This document shows positions 28,161 through 41,759 of a stretch of 64,000 nt of DNA, one piece after another. The notes beneath the pieces were generated by a model, which worked only from the letters and a program-made list of their open reading frames with translations, made no database searches and was not told where the DNA came from. Made by a program: the position numbers and the translations under genes. Every line of letters starts with the position of its first letter. Within the stretch, counting starts at the first letter, position 1. Source of the DNA: Octopus vulgaris (lineage: Eukaryota); the NCBI GenBank assembly GCA_951406725.2, contig OX597827.1:28148001-28212000 (forward strand). Reading direction: 5' to 3'.

Positions 28161-28638
28161 TAGACAGACAGACAGACATACACACAGAAAGCTGTTCTAA
28201 TACTTGATTAATATTCTATAACGATGAAAAGCAAAGTCAACTTTCGGCGGGATTCGAACTCAGAATGAGTCGCAACAACTAACACAAAGTCATTTTGACT
28301 GACGCTCTACCGACTCTGCCGACTCTGTTTCTCCCAATATTTTGGCTCTACATTTCCCTTGACTCTCTCCTTCTCCTTCGCGACTCTCTCTCTCTCTCTC
28401 TCTCGCTCTCTCTCCCTCATATCCTACATAACTCTCACCACCAACTTTCCTTTTCTATCCTCCATTATCGTTTTACTTGTTCTTCACTTTCACTGTCGTT
28501 ATTCTTGCTGTTGTTGATGTTGAAGTCGTTGTCATTGCCATTGATTTCAATGTTGTGATTGTTCTTATTGTTGTTGTAGATATCTATATTGCTGATATTG
28601 ATTTTGTTGTTGCTACTGATTTCATGTTATTACTGGCG

Positions 28639-28688
<50 letters not shown>

Positions 28689-28877
28689 GCTGTTGTTGTC
28701 GTTATCGTCATTGTCACTTGTGTTCATTCCAACCTATTTTGACCCTGAGTCATTCCCAATGAAAACCCATTAATCTCTATCATTTTATGTCTTCTCATTG
28801 CTTACCTTTTCGTTTTTCTTTTCTCCTCTTCTTACTTTCGCTTTAACGTTGTTATCTCCAGCAGCTATTCAACATCG

Positions 28878-28879
28878 CC

Positions 28880-28974
<95 letters not shown>

Positions 28975-28979
28975 CATCA

Positions 28980-29043
<64 letters not shown>
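28878..29043. repeat. (TTC)n/(TTA)n microsatellite
   Basis: Direct sequence. Confidence 0.95.
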
Positions 29044-29309
29044 CACACCGTTTATTTATTTCATTTATTTATTCATTTATTCTTTTATCAAAAACAAAAC
29101 AAAAAAATTGCATCTCTTCATTCATTTCTCTCTACTTTTGTTTTTTTCTTTCGAATTTTTTTTCTTTCAGTGAATTGGCTGAAGCATTAGAGCGTCAGAT
29201 GGTTATGATTCGCAGCTCCTAGAGTTCAAATCTGGGCTGCGATCAACTCAGAATTTCTTTTTTTAGACTCGACAAATAAAAAAAAAATGCTAAACCGGTG
29301 GAAATATAA

Positions 29310-29520
29310 GAACGGCGAGCTGGCAGAAACGTTAGCACGCCGGGCGAAATGCTTAGCTGTATTTCGTCTGCCGTTACGTTCTGAGTTCAAATTCCGCCGA
29401 GGTCGATAAATTAAGTACCAGTTACGCACTGGTGTCGATGTAATCGACTTAATCCCTTTGTCTCTCCTTGTTTGTTCCCTCTATGTTTAGCCCATTGTGA
29501 GCAATAAAGAAATAAGGAAA
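29310..29520 (+). mobile_element. SINE family A
   Basis: ggcgagctggcagaaacgttagcacgccgggcgaaatg head plus core. Confidence 0.85.
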
Positions 29521-29929
29521 TATAAGCACGTCGGTCGGATGCTTTGCGGTCTTTGCTATGACTTCTTCCTTTCTGGGTTCAAAATTCACATCTCTTATTT
29601 AAGCGTCTATAGCTGTAGCGCAAGTGAAGTTAGGCCGAATGTAATGGCGTCTTCATGCATGTAGATAAATTACGACGTCTGACGAGAATCAGTGATGTCG
29701 TAATATAGGGATTGCCAGTCTCCTCACACTAGTGGACCAAGAATCGTATAAAGACACATTCGTCTGAACAGAGAAGTTATTCTCCAACGACGAAATACAA
29801 CAGCGATTAGCATATTACAGTTCGAATCTGCTGTAACGTACAAAGAATGAAAATATACGTCATCACTGTGCGCAAGGCAATATATTACCGTATAGCGAAA
29901 ATGCTACCGAGTTTTGTACTTTGTCTCAG

Positions 29930-30290
29930 GCACAGGCATAGCTGTGCGGTACGAAGATTGCTTCCCAACTAAATGGCTGCAAGTTCAGTCCCACTGCATG
30001 CCAATTGCGACAAGTGTCTTTTACTATGGCCTCAGGCCGACCAAAGTCTAGCGAGTGAATTTGTTTAGGCGGAGACTAAAAAAATCGTTTTCGTATAATT
30101 GTGTGCATGTGTGTGTGTTGGTTTACATACATCCCTGTAACATAGCGGTTCAACAAAGTTTCCGACAGAAAATGTATTGCACTTAAAAAGTTCAGAACAG
30201 GACTCAATTTGTTCGACTAAGTACTTGAAGGCCGTACCCCGGCATGGCCACATTCTAATACCTGAAGCAAGTAAGAGATGAGATACCATA
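29930..30290 (+). mobile_element. SINE family B, diverged
   Basis: gttcagtcccactgc..caagtgtctt..ggccgaccaaag..gcatggccaca. Confidence 0.7.
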
Positions 30291-30347
30291 CATGCAAGAA
30301 CACACATACACACACACATATATACATACGCACACATACGGACATTA

Positions 30348-30398
<51 letters not shown>

Positions 30399-30583
30399 TA
30401 TATATGTATATACATATATATATAATATTGAAATTATATAATGATTAATTAATTTAATTATATTCTAATTAATCATTATGGTTACATAATGATCTAATTA
30501 ATTACATAACCGATTCGCGTATTACTTGCAAATCAGAAAGTCAGAAATACTTATGTTTTATCCTGTTACTCTACTACTACTAT

Positions 30584-30669
<86 letters not shown>

Positions 30670-31349
30670 TAACATCCTGAAACAATACCAGGCAGTGGCT
30701 CTCATAACTTCTGATCTTATTTCATTGGAAGTGTTAGCATGTACATTGTTTTGTCTTGGTGTGAAAGATGGGCTACAGCAAATATTCTGCTCAATACCAC
30801 AGATGTCCCTTAGTGATTGACAATTTGTGCATCAAGTTTTACAAGCTTGCTTCCCTACCATATGGTTCCGGGTTCAGTCCCACTGCGTGGCACATTGAAC
30901 AAGTGTCTTCTACTATATCCTCGGGCTGACCAGAGTCATATGAGTGAATTTGGTAGACGGAAACTGAAGGAAGACCATCCGCGAATCGGGGACGTGCGAT
31001 ACAAGTATATATCGTATATATACAAGTATATATCGTATACAAGTTTATATTGTATATATCGATACAAGTATATATCGTGCATGCGCCAGTCAGCTCGTAG
31101 GATCGACTGCCTACGTCTGGCTAGCGCAGACGCGCGTCTGCGCGTGTGCGCAAACCGGAACCAGTCTAACAGCATTAATGAGCGAAATTTTTTTTGCCTT
31201 CACAAATTGGCGTACACTTTCTCTAGATTTAAATAACATCTAATTCTTCTACCAGTAACCTTTTAGCATTCATCTACATAGGACTGTACTATTTGTTCTT
31301 ACAATTTATAATTTATAACTTTTGTGTCTCCATGTATGTGTTCTATATT

Positions 31350-31389
<40 letters not shown>

Positions 31390-31642
31390 CAAGGCACAAA
31401 AAGAAAATGACTCTCCCCAGACTGTCCCCCACCCCCATTGCTTGACAACCGATGTTGGTGTGTTTACGTCACCGTAACTTAACTTCAAATGCAGGATCTT
31501 TGTTTCAATTAATTTGAAAATAATATATAATTCTGAAGTTGGGGTTTGGAACATTAATTATTATGGAATTCCGATAGCTGTTCTAAAGTTATGTCACTTT
31601 AACCCTTTTGTTACCATATTTTTGTTGGAATACACTAAATTT

Positions 31643-31877
31643 ACATTATTTACATTACTTACATTTGAATAATATTTGTCCTCATCTTCTTTGTTAACAC
31701 AACGTTTCGACTGATATACCCTGCAGCTTTCATCAGGTGTCTTGGGGAAATTTCGAATCTGGGTGCTCATTCTTAATGCTGGAGAGTCTATCAGCCGAAA
31801 CAACAAACAAGATGAGGACAAATATCCGTCAAATGTGATTAATGTATATAATTCCTCATCTCTTAAATACAGAACTG
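31643..31877. mobile_element. Hammerhead-bearing short element, head-to-head, with TSD
   Basis: Minus copy has an HHR at 31696-31741; plus partial copy ends aaatacagaactgta; tacactaaattt at 31631 and 31878. Confidence 0.85.
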
Positions 31878-32292
31878 TACACTAAATTTGTTTCAATTTA
31901 TTTTGAAGGTAATGAGTGATTTAGTAAAACAACTTTGCCAATCTTAAGCTGGGACTGAAGCATAAAATTAAAATGGAACTTTGATGGAAAGTTTAAATTT
32001 AGTTCACAATAAAACAGAAAGTTTTTATCATTGAATCAGGGACAGCATTTACTTTTTATTTTCTGCTTAAAAAATTATAATTTATGGCGTTAGTTTGGAA
32101 AGGTCCTGCCTCTGTTGCTTACCCAGAGGACAAGTCTCCCTCACTCAGTAATCGGAAGTTTCTCGCATATGAATGAATATGTATGCTAGCATTTTCATAG
32201 ATCAAAGATAGAACTACATCGATTGACCTTTAACACAACTGGAATATTAATTAAGTTTATTCAAAAATACTTGTAGTATATTATTACATACA

Positions 32293-32338
<46 letters not shown>

Positions 32339-34126
32339 TGTGTTTAGTTCTAGTGAACCAAACGCTTACATTAATTCTACTGCTCTCAAATTGATCTATA
32401 TAAAATACAAAAAAAAAAGCAATTTTGTTTTGTGATCCCTCAAATGTCATAAACAGAAATGGTAAAAAATTAACCGCAATGATGCAATTAGGTAAACCAT
32501 CTGACATTAAAATTAGCTCAAATTTTGTTGTAAACCCCAAACGTGGAGTTGCTGTTTAATTCCCGGTGAATTCTGGTTCAGCAAAACAATTATTAAAGAC
32601 GTTCAGTCTATAAGCGTCTCGTTTTGTTTTTCGTGGAGATGTAACATCTGTAGGACTTCATTAAGTCTTTCTACTTCAGGCACAAAACCCCGAAATGTTG
32701 TTGGGATGCGCAAGTCGATTATATCACTACACTCAGAGCTCAACACGTTCTTATTTTATCAAGCCGAAAAGAGGAAAAGTAAATTCGACCTCGGCAACAG
32801 GAATTCAAGACGTAAAGCCGAGATAAATACCGCTAGACCAGCGCGGTAAGCAGTCTGCCTTGACTGCTCCTTGACTTAGGACTACCTTAATTAATTAAGG
32901 TCCTTCTTGTTATTTGGTCCTAGAACAACTTTGATTGAACAGACTTCTAATGAAAGGTATTCCAGCTTTTAGACTCCCTCTTTCATTGAAGCACAGTATC
33001 TCTAAATCTACATTATCCAATGAATTTGACAGTGTAATGTACTGGTTTCAGATTTTGCTACGAGGCCAGTAATTTCGGGGAAGGAAGTAGGTCGATTACA
33101 TCGACTCCAGTATTTTACTGGTACTTATTTTATCGATCCCCAAAAGGACGAAAGGCAAACTCGAGCTCGGTAGAATTTGAACTCAGAACGTGAAGACAAA
33201 TGAAATGGTGCTAAGCATTTTGGTCTACGTGCTAACGATTCTGCTTTTACAGTTCCTTAGAAGCTAATATACTAAGGAACTGAATAGTTGGATCGTCGTT
33301 GGTGCTACCGACATGCACGTGGCGTGGTTTCGCTAAAGTTACAATGAAACGTTGTAATCAGTTCAAATGTGGGAAAGTTCTTTGTTATAAACTAGCCAAA
33401 ACGGGTGGATTTCAACCCGGAAGGAGCGTTTAATAAATGTTGGAATAAGTTTGATCGATGTTTCTCAAACAACACAAGGAAAAGAAAATTCCAATTTGAC
33501 CAGGGGAGTACATTTAACAACAAATCTAAAACGTGTTTATTATTTACTTAAAACAGCACCTATCATTTCACCTGACGTTTCGATACACGCATGCACACAT
33601 ACACAGATACATACGCACACACATACGCATACGCATGCGCATTCAGTCATTCTCGCAGACACTATAAAAATCTATAAAACTTTCCAGAAGTTTATCATTT
33701 AAATTTATATGAACATGTCTAGATATGCAACTCTATGCATGAGAATACATACATAAAGCAAAACATACAAATCTGCACATACATACATACATACATACAT
33801 ACATACATACATACATACATACATACATACATGCATCCCAGCGGATGTGAATGTAACACCGAAAGCAATGCTCTTTCCCGCCTCTACTGCCATTCGGAAT
33901 CAAGAACTGTTTCGTTATTGAGCAAGCAATATGCCCGGCCTTCTACCTTTGCTGTTTGACTTTTATTATCAGGAAATACTAGAAGGCTTTCTTCAGTATG
34001 GTTGTTTCTTAGCTTTGAAGGAACGACCAAGTATTCAACATACAAGGACCAACTCTTCGCCTCCTTAAAGTGCAATCATGTATCCACACACACACACACA
34101 CACACACTAGCACACATGCACATATA

Positions 34127-34337
34127 CAAAGGGGTGCTGAAAATTCTTTGCTTTAAGGGTATCGCGAAAGGCTTGGTTGGCGACCCAACCTTCCGAGTTC
34201 TCATTCAGGGTTTAGAAAAACTGAAGGACCACTGCAATAAATGTGTGAATCTGTGAATATGTCGAAGAAAGTCATAATTAAATGATCCTCTTGTATTTTA
34301 GTTTACCCCAAGCCAGGAATTTTTCAGCACCCCTTCG
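34127..34337 (+). mobile_element. mariner-derived MITE
   Basis: TA-c(a/g)aaggggtgctgaaaattc ... gaatttttcagcaccccttcg-TA TIRs; internal LEKLKDHCNKCVNL..EYVE resembles a mariner C-terminus. Confidence 0.8.
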
Positions 34338-34358
34338 TACGTATGGACATCTATCTTT

Positions 34359-34404
<46 letters not shown>

Positions 34405-34529
34405 GTTTGTCTGCCTGCCTGTCTCCCCGCTCTCTCTCTCTCTCTCTCACTCTCTCTCTCTCTCTCTCTCAAGATATGTTAAAAAATACTTTGTCTTTCC
34501 ATCATTTGGTGTGTGTTTATATATATATA

Positions 34530-34912
34530 TATGGCTGTGTGGTAAGTAGCTTGCTTACCAACTACATGGTTCGGGTTCAGTCCCACTGCGTGGCACTTTG
34601 GGCAAGTGTCTTCTACTATAGCCTCGGGCCGACCAAAGCCTTGTGAGTGGATTTGGTAGACGGAAACTGAAAAAGCCTGTCGTGTATATGTATATATTTA
34701 TGTGTGTGTTTGTGTCTCTGTGTTTGTCCTCCCAACATCGCTTGCCAACCGATGTTCGTGTGTTCATGTCCCCGTAACTTAGCGGGGACATGAACAGTAG
34801 AATAAGTACTAGGCTTACAAAGAATAAGTCCTGGGGTCAATTTGCTCGACTAAAGGCGGTGCTCCAGCATGGCCGCAGTCAAATGACTGAAACAAGTAAA
34901 AGAGAGAGTAAG
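34530..34912 (+). mobile_element. SINE family B, near full length
   Basis: tggctgtgtggtaag A box, ggttcagtccc B box, ttgggcaagt CORE-like motif, LINE-like tail. Confidence 0.9.
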
Positions 34913-35489
34913 AGTATATATATATACATGTATGTATGTATGTATGTATGTATGTATATATATATACAGCTATATACAGAATGAATAGCTATATCTCTTT
35001 GACTGCTATTTCTAAATTCGGTGTGTTGGTGAGGCAATTCGTTGCTAAACCCTTAATTACTTAGTATTACTTAAATTTTCCTCGAATGGGGCTTTTACAT
35101 ACCGAAATCTACTTGGTGTAATTGATAATTATCCCTAATTAATTAATTTCACCCTTTTATTATTACTGATAACTATATATATATACATGTATGTATGTAT
35201 GTATATGTCAATGGTGACTCCGGCAATCTGGTTGTTCGGGCTTAACCCGAGTATAAATTTAGTAATGTGAACGTGTATTTGCAGGCTGATTTAATTTCTG
35301 CCAACACTGGCTTCAAATATGTAATTTCAGCCAATAACTCGGGCTCTTTTTATTGAGCCTAGTCGCAGTTCAACTATTTTCCGTCAGCATCTGGCGGTCG
35401 ACTTAGAGGTGCCCTGTCTCAAAAAATATCATTCGTAGCAGATGTTCTCACGACATCGTTCACACGCGTCTGAAGTTACAGCCCTAGTT

Positions 35490-37272
35490 CTTATCTATAA
35501 TCGTAATAATTAAAAGTAATTGAAATTCGATGTTTTCTTGAAATGATAAATTTCTATAGAGATTAGGATTTAAATTTCAATCTACGAATAGTTTCCGTTC
35601 TACAATATTCGAAAAGGAACGAAAAATCCAGCAACTCGGGTTGATACGAACAAGCCTGGTAGGTAAAAAGACTAACTGACATATCTTGTCAAGAGGACTG
35701 GAGAAAGTCGGATCGGTGATGTTTGTTGTGCACTCTGCTTTCATTATTTGATTGCTGTTATACAGTAACTCGGGTTAATACGAACGAGCCTGGTAGGTGA
35801 AAAGGTCCAACTGACATCTCGTATCAAGAGTACACTCGCCAATCAGATCGCTGATGTTTGACGCTCACTCCGCTTTTATTATTTGATTGCTGTTTTTCTG
35901 TGCATCTGTGTGTAAAGGTCAGTTGTATTTTGCATGGTTGTCTTATTTTATCCTTAACTTAGAAATGGAGAAAGACATGGTGCTAGATATAAAAAATAAG
36001 CCATTTGGGGTTAGAAATATTGCGGTAAAACGCGAGGCATTCTTTCGTTTGAAGCAGCAAACTTGCTTACTGTTAAATTATCCGTGCATATGTAAGTCTG
36101 TGGTGTGCCAAAGTTTAAAGCAGTTTGAATATGGGGATTAAGATTGCTTGGTATTGGATATTCATCGCGTATAGTGTTCCTAATCAATTTAATCACAGTG
36201 GCAGGTGGACAATCGAAATATATAGACAAAATCCTTTCACTTTTATAATATTCTCTAACCAAAAGGCGGCGGACTGATAGAAACGTTAGCATGCCGGGCG
36301 AAATGCGTAGCCGTATTTCGTCTACCGTTACGTTCTGAGTTCAAATTCCGCCGAGGTCGACTTTCCCTTTCATCCTTTCGGGGTCGATAAATTAAGGACC
36401 AGTTACGCACTGGGGTCGATATAATCGACTTAATCAGTTTGTCTGTCCTTGTTTGTCCCCCTCTGTGTTTAGCCCCTTGCGGGTAGTAAAGAAATAGGTA
36501 TTTCGTCTGTCTTTAAGTTTTGAGTTCAAATACCGCCTAGGTCGACTTTGCCTTTCCTCCTTTCGGGATCGATTAAATAAGTACCAGTTACGCACTGGGG
36601 TCGATATAATCGACTTAATCCGTTTGCCTGTCCTTGTTTGTCCTCTCTGTTTAGCCCCTTGTGGGTAGTAAAGAAATAGGTATTTCGTCTGTCTTTATTA
36701 TGTTCTGAGTTCAAATTCCACCGAGGTCGACTTTGTCTTTCATCATTTCGGTGTCGATAAATTAAGTACCAGGTGTGTACTGAGGTGGATCTAATCGACT
36801 GGTCCCCTCCCCCAAAATTTCAGGCCTTGTGCCTAGAGTAGAAAAGAATATTCTGTAACCAGTCATAATACACAATTACAACATATGAATAAATAACAAC
36901 AGGTGGGCTCTCGAAATAAATACACAAAATCCTTTCACTTTTATAATATTCTCTAACCAAATCAAAAAGCAGGTGAAAACCACGAAAAAAAGTCTCTGAT
37001 GCCAATATGCGACCATATAGATTCCATAAAGTATGGAAGAGCCTACATACAAAAAGACTATGTACATACAACGAATTAGAGGAAAGCCCATGTAAACCAC
37101 CGTATTTCCCGATTTGTCTACGCGAGAACTCTAGGCAAAATGTTCTAGTGCATGGCCATCCTTGAGACATAAGTAATATGTGTGCAAAGTTTGGTGAATA
37201 TCGGTTGAGAAACGTGGAAATGTATGCGTTAGTCAATATATACACACATACTGTGATTTATATATACTAGAT
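35490..37272 (+). mobile_element. Helentron/DINE-like element with internal tandem repeats, interrupted by a SINE
   Basis: 3' end tgtgcaaagtttggtga..cggttgagaaacgtgg..tttatatatactagat; about 134-bp duplication (35633/35767); repeat at 36227/36926; 5' boundary uncertain. Confidence 0.5.
36263..36853 (+). mobile_element. SINE family A, three tandem core units
   Basis: Head, three cores and tail; aatattct(c/g)taacca on both sides, TSD-like. Confidence 0.9.
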
Positions 37273-37485
37273 GAGAGCTATTCCTTTTGAAAATATATAT
37301 GTTTATAGAGACACTCCTACACGCACACATGAATATATTTTTTTAATTTAGACATAACTCGTTATAAAATATACGTATGTGCGTGTATATATACGTATGG
37401 ATGGATGAATTTAAAAGCGCGTGTTATGTATATATAATTTGCGTGTTTGATTATACACACAGGCAATTTTCCTCTGAACTGCACT

Positions 37486-37539
<54 letters not shown>

Positions 37540-37811
37540 CTCTCTCTATCTATCTATTAATCTATCTTTTTCTTTCACTCTCTTCCTGTCTCTTTTGTTA
37601 TCTTCAAAACTATCTCTCTCTACACACTCGCACAACCTCACTTTCAACCCTGCTTCCAATTACGCCTGATAAGCATTCCACCCTCCATTCCACGCCGACC
37701 CGTTAACCAAAGACAGGATATCATCGGTGGCACAAATACACCAATTAGGGACTCGATGTGATGACATCGTGCCACTATAATGCTTTTGTTTCAGACCTGT
37801 TGTTGTTGTTA

Positions 37812-38451
37812 GGGGTGTGTGTATGTGCATCTATGTGTGTTTGTGCGAGTGTGTGTGTGCTGGTGTGTATGCGTATGTGGGTTTGTGAGGTGTGCGTATG
37901 TGTGTATGTGTATTTGTGTGTGCATGTGTATGTGATTGTGTGTAAGTGTGTTTGTGTGCTTGTATGTGTATTTGTGTGTATGTATGTATATGTGAGTTTG
38001 TCTGTATGTGTGCTGCTGTGTGTAGACGTAAACTTGTTTGTGTGTGTGTATGTGTACTTGGTCTGTTTATGTGTTTGTGCATATGTATGTGTGCTAATCT
38101 GTGTGTATGTCCGTTTATGTGTATATGTGTGTGTGTATGTTTGTGTCTGTACCTATCTGTGTGATTGGGCGTGTAATTGCTCGTGTGTGTATTTGTATAT
38201 GTGAGTCTATCTGCGTATGTGTGTGTGTTTGTGTGTGCGTTTGTTTGTGTATGCGTGTGTTTGTGTATGTGTGTCTTTCTGTGTGTGAGTGCGTGTATAT
38301 GTGCGAGTTTGTGTGTATCTGTGTACGTGAATGTGTTTGTGTATGTGTGTCCGTATGTATTTGCGTGTGTGTTTATGTGTGCATGTCGATCTGTGTGCTT
38401 GTATATGTGTGTGTCTATCTCTGTCTGTGTATGCGTGTGTGTGTGCGTGTG

Positions 38452-38486
<35 letters not shown>
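37812..38486. repeat. Degenerate (GT)n tract
   Basis: Direct sequence. Confidence 0.92.
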
Positions 38487-38834
38487 CTCATTGTTGATTG
38501 AAGTTCGTCTCTCACCAATAAAAATCCTAGCTCCCAGCACTGAGAATATGCCAGAACTAAACACGACGATCATCCCAGATCGTGTGACCTGAAACAGTTT
38601 CCCAGCCAGCCACACCGGAACCTTCTGTCACAAGCCTATCAAACTACAACCACCAAAAGCAGGACATGTCTTTCATTACCAAGCAGGCCCATCACGTACG
38701 AAACCCAATTTCACACTCTCATACTCCCATACTCTCCTACTCCTTCTTTCCTATTCGGCATTTTTTAAACTTTTGATCCGCCTCCTCTCATCCATGCTAC
38801 TACTACTACTACTACTTCAGCAATAACAACAGCA

Positions 38835-38865
<31 letters not shown>

Positions 38866-38971
38866 TTACCTCCGGTAACAGCACCATCAACACCATCACA
38901 CAACCACACAACCCAAACCACCGCTGCTACTACAACTATCACTATAACTACTACTACTGCTGCTGCTACTG

Positions 38972-39037
<66 letters not shown>

Positions 39038-39165
39038 GTGCTACGCTATTACGTTTATTTTTGTGTCGTTTTTATATATAATTTTGTTCATTTTCTAATT
39101 ATTTCTGTGACCGACGCTGCCAATTTCAAAACGCCGTATAGTTGTGGATGATGTCTCGTACCTCT

Positions 39166-39324
<159 letters not shown>

Positions 39325-39331
39325 GCCTGCC

Positions 39332-39394
<63 letters not shown>

Positions 39395-39507
39395 CTTCTG
39401 TCTATCTATCTATCTACCTATCTATCTGCGTATCTATGTGTCTATCCATTTGTCTGTCTATCTATCTACCTACCTGTCTACCTATCTATCTATCTATCTA
39501 TCTATCT

Positions 39508-40588
39508 CGCGAGTGTCGCGTTGCTCTCAAGCAACTCTGCCGTCCTGGGTCGACCTTGAGTGACTTCAACACAACCAAAGCATTCTATAGGGGTTTAGTG
39601 GAGGGGAGGTACGACGACGAGCTCGGGGCGAACCTGGACGTCGACGAGGAGTACCTGACCCGCCTGTTCAGGACGACTTTCGGGCCAGGGCCCATGGACA
39701 ACTTCCAGAGATCCCTGGCCTGGCAGTGCTACCGAGAAGCGCTACCCGTTCGGGATAAGCTCTACAGACACGGCTCGAGAAACACGGGGCCGACCTGCCC
39801 GAGATGCGGTCAGAGCGACGAAACCGTTCTGCACGCACTCGTGCAGTGTCCAACAATTTCCGACCTGTGGGCTTATGTCGAACAACTGCTGTCACGTGTG
39901 GGACGAGTCGGTTTATCAGCTGAGTCTATCGTCAATATTGTCACGCCCCTTTCCTTCAAACGGGAAGGAAGAGCTATTTTCATCATCCTTGTGGCTATGG
40001 CGAAAGAATGTATCTGGTGGACGCGTCTGAAAGGATTGGAGACAAACACTTTCCTCTCTGGTCAATCTCTCATCAACTTCTTCAAGTACCACTTGAAAAG
40101 GAAAGTGAGAGTAGAGAGGCAAGTTTTGTCTAGCGAATGTTTTAAAAAAAGATGGGTGAATGTAGCAAGAATGGCACGTATGAATGACGAAGCCACCTTG
40201 AGCATGATCCTATGAACCCAGAAATTGAAAACAGAGAGTTGCTTATTCGCAAAAAAAAAAAAAAAAAGAAATATAACATGTGACTCCATTGACCGAGGTT
40301 ACCGTGGTCTTTTCCGTAGGCTTTTCTTTCCACCGCTAAACCTCACCTATCCTCCCCTTTACACTTCATATTGACATTTCTGTGATAACGATCCCTATTG
40401 ATCAATTTTTTTTTTCCTCTCCCCCTTTTTTTAACCCCCCTTTTTTTGTCCTCTTTCTTTCCTTTTACGATCCCTTTTGATCGAAACTCCCCCTTCCTTT
40501 TTTTTTTTTTTTTAAACCTTCAAAAGAAAAGCTCTACCTTGTAATTTGTTCTATCTGTGTGCAGCCCTGTATGGCTAATAAAGAAACA

Positions 40589-40589
<1 letters not shown>
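39508..40589 (+). mobile_element. Tx1/L1-clade LINE 3' end (zinc-finger region plus 3'UTR) inserted in (TCTA)n
   Basis: Open frame with [29 protein letters not shown] (CCHC) to the stop at 40215; T-rich UTR, AATAAA about 40577; (TCTA)n on both flanks. Confidence 0.85.
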
Positions 40590-40658
<69 letters not shown>

Positions 40659-40694
40659 CCTTTGTGTTTATTTATTTCTCTTTCTCCATATATA

Positions 40695-41730
40695 CAGGGT
40701 GCGTAAGATATTTGAGAACAGATTTATGTTTATAAAAAAAAACCATATATAACAGATAATAACTTTATTTATTAAGAAATGATATTCGGATAAAGAAAAA
40801 TATTCTTTTCTATAATGTTATTCAATAAAGCCACCTTCAGCTTCAACAACAGCTTCTATATGCGCGAATCAAGTGGTCCTGGTTCATTTTGGACATTACT
40901 CTGACTATGGCAGCTTTCATAGAATCTTTGGTGTTATGGGGGTGTTCATTGACCTCTTTCTCAACAACACTCCACATGTAATAGTCCAATGGATTGAGAT
41001 CTGGCGAAATATGAGGTTAGGGGCTATGTGATAATGAAAATTTTCAACCATCCATTCCTGTGTTACGAGAGTCATGTGTGATAGTGCAGAGTCTTACTGA
41101 AACATATATGGCCTTCCATTGCATACACTGTCAATCCAGGACTTAACAATTATTTCTTGGACCTCAATGTAGGCGGCAGAGTTAACTATAAGGCCTTGTG
41201 GAAAGAAATATGGAGGCATCACATGTCCTTCATTGCTGACAACTCCTAAAACCATGACAGTTGCAGGAAATTTTTTATGCATAACACTTGGTACTTCAGA
41301 AGAGTCTGCACATAACCATATGTCATTTCTTCTGTTAAATTTTTGATCTTGATCGAAGATTTTCTCGTTTGATAAAAACCAAATCAAATCTTCTGATGGA
41401 TTTTTCATTCTGTTTAAGAGCCTTTTAGATCTGATGCAGTGGTTTTCTTTTGCTTTTTCTGACAAACTGACCTTTCCTCATCATATAAGACATATCTGAT
41501 GTCTTCGTGGACAACATTTCTGACTGTTCTTTCTGACACATGGGGATCTTTTGCAATTGACCTCATTGATTTTCTGGGATTGTAATCAATGGTCTGGATA
41601 GATTCTTTTATTTGCCGGATAAATTCAGGTGCTCTGATGATTTCAGAGCATTTAGAATGTATTTTATGCTTGTGAAACGTTTCCATCTTCAGTCTCTAGC
41701 TCCTTACATACTTTGTATACGAAAGATCTG
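40695..41730 (-). mobile_element. Tc1/mariner transposase remnant, DD37D (maT)-like, with 3' TIR
   Basis: SNEKIF (SDEK), VMVLGVVS, FQ*DSA..SPDLNPLDY, IEAVVEAEGGFIE; terminus TA|cagggtg. Confidence 0.85.
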
Positions 41731-41759
41731 GGAAATTTTAAGAGTCGAGATATTTCTTA

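Noticed and set aside
35026-35050. ttggtga-GGCAA-ttcg-TTGCT-aaac HHR-like trace
   Set aside because: Three core changes and no stem I/III support.
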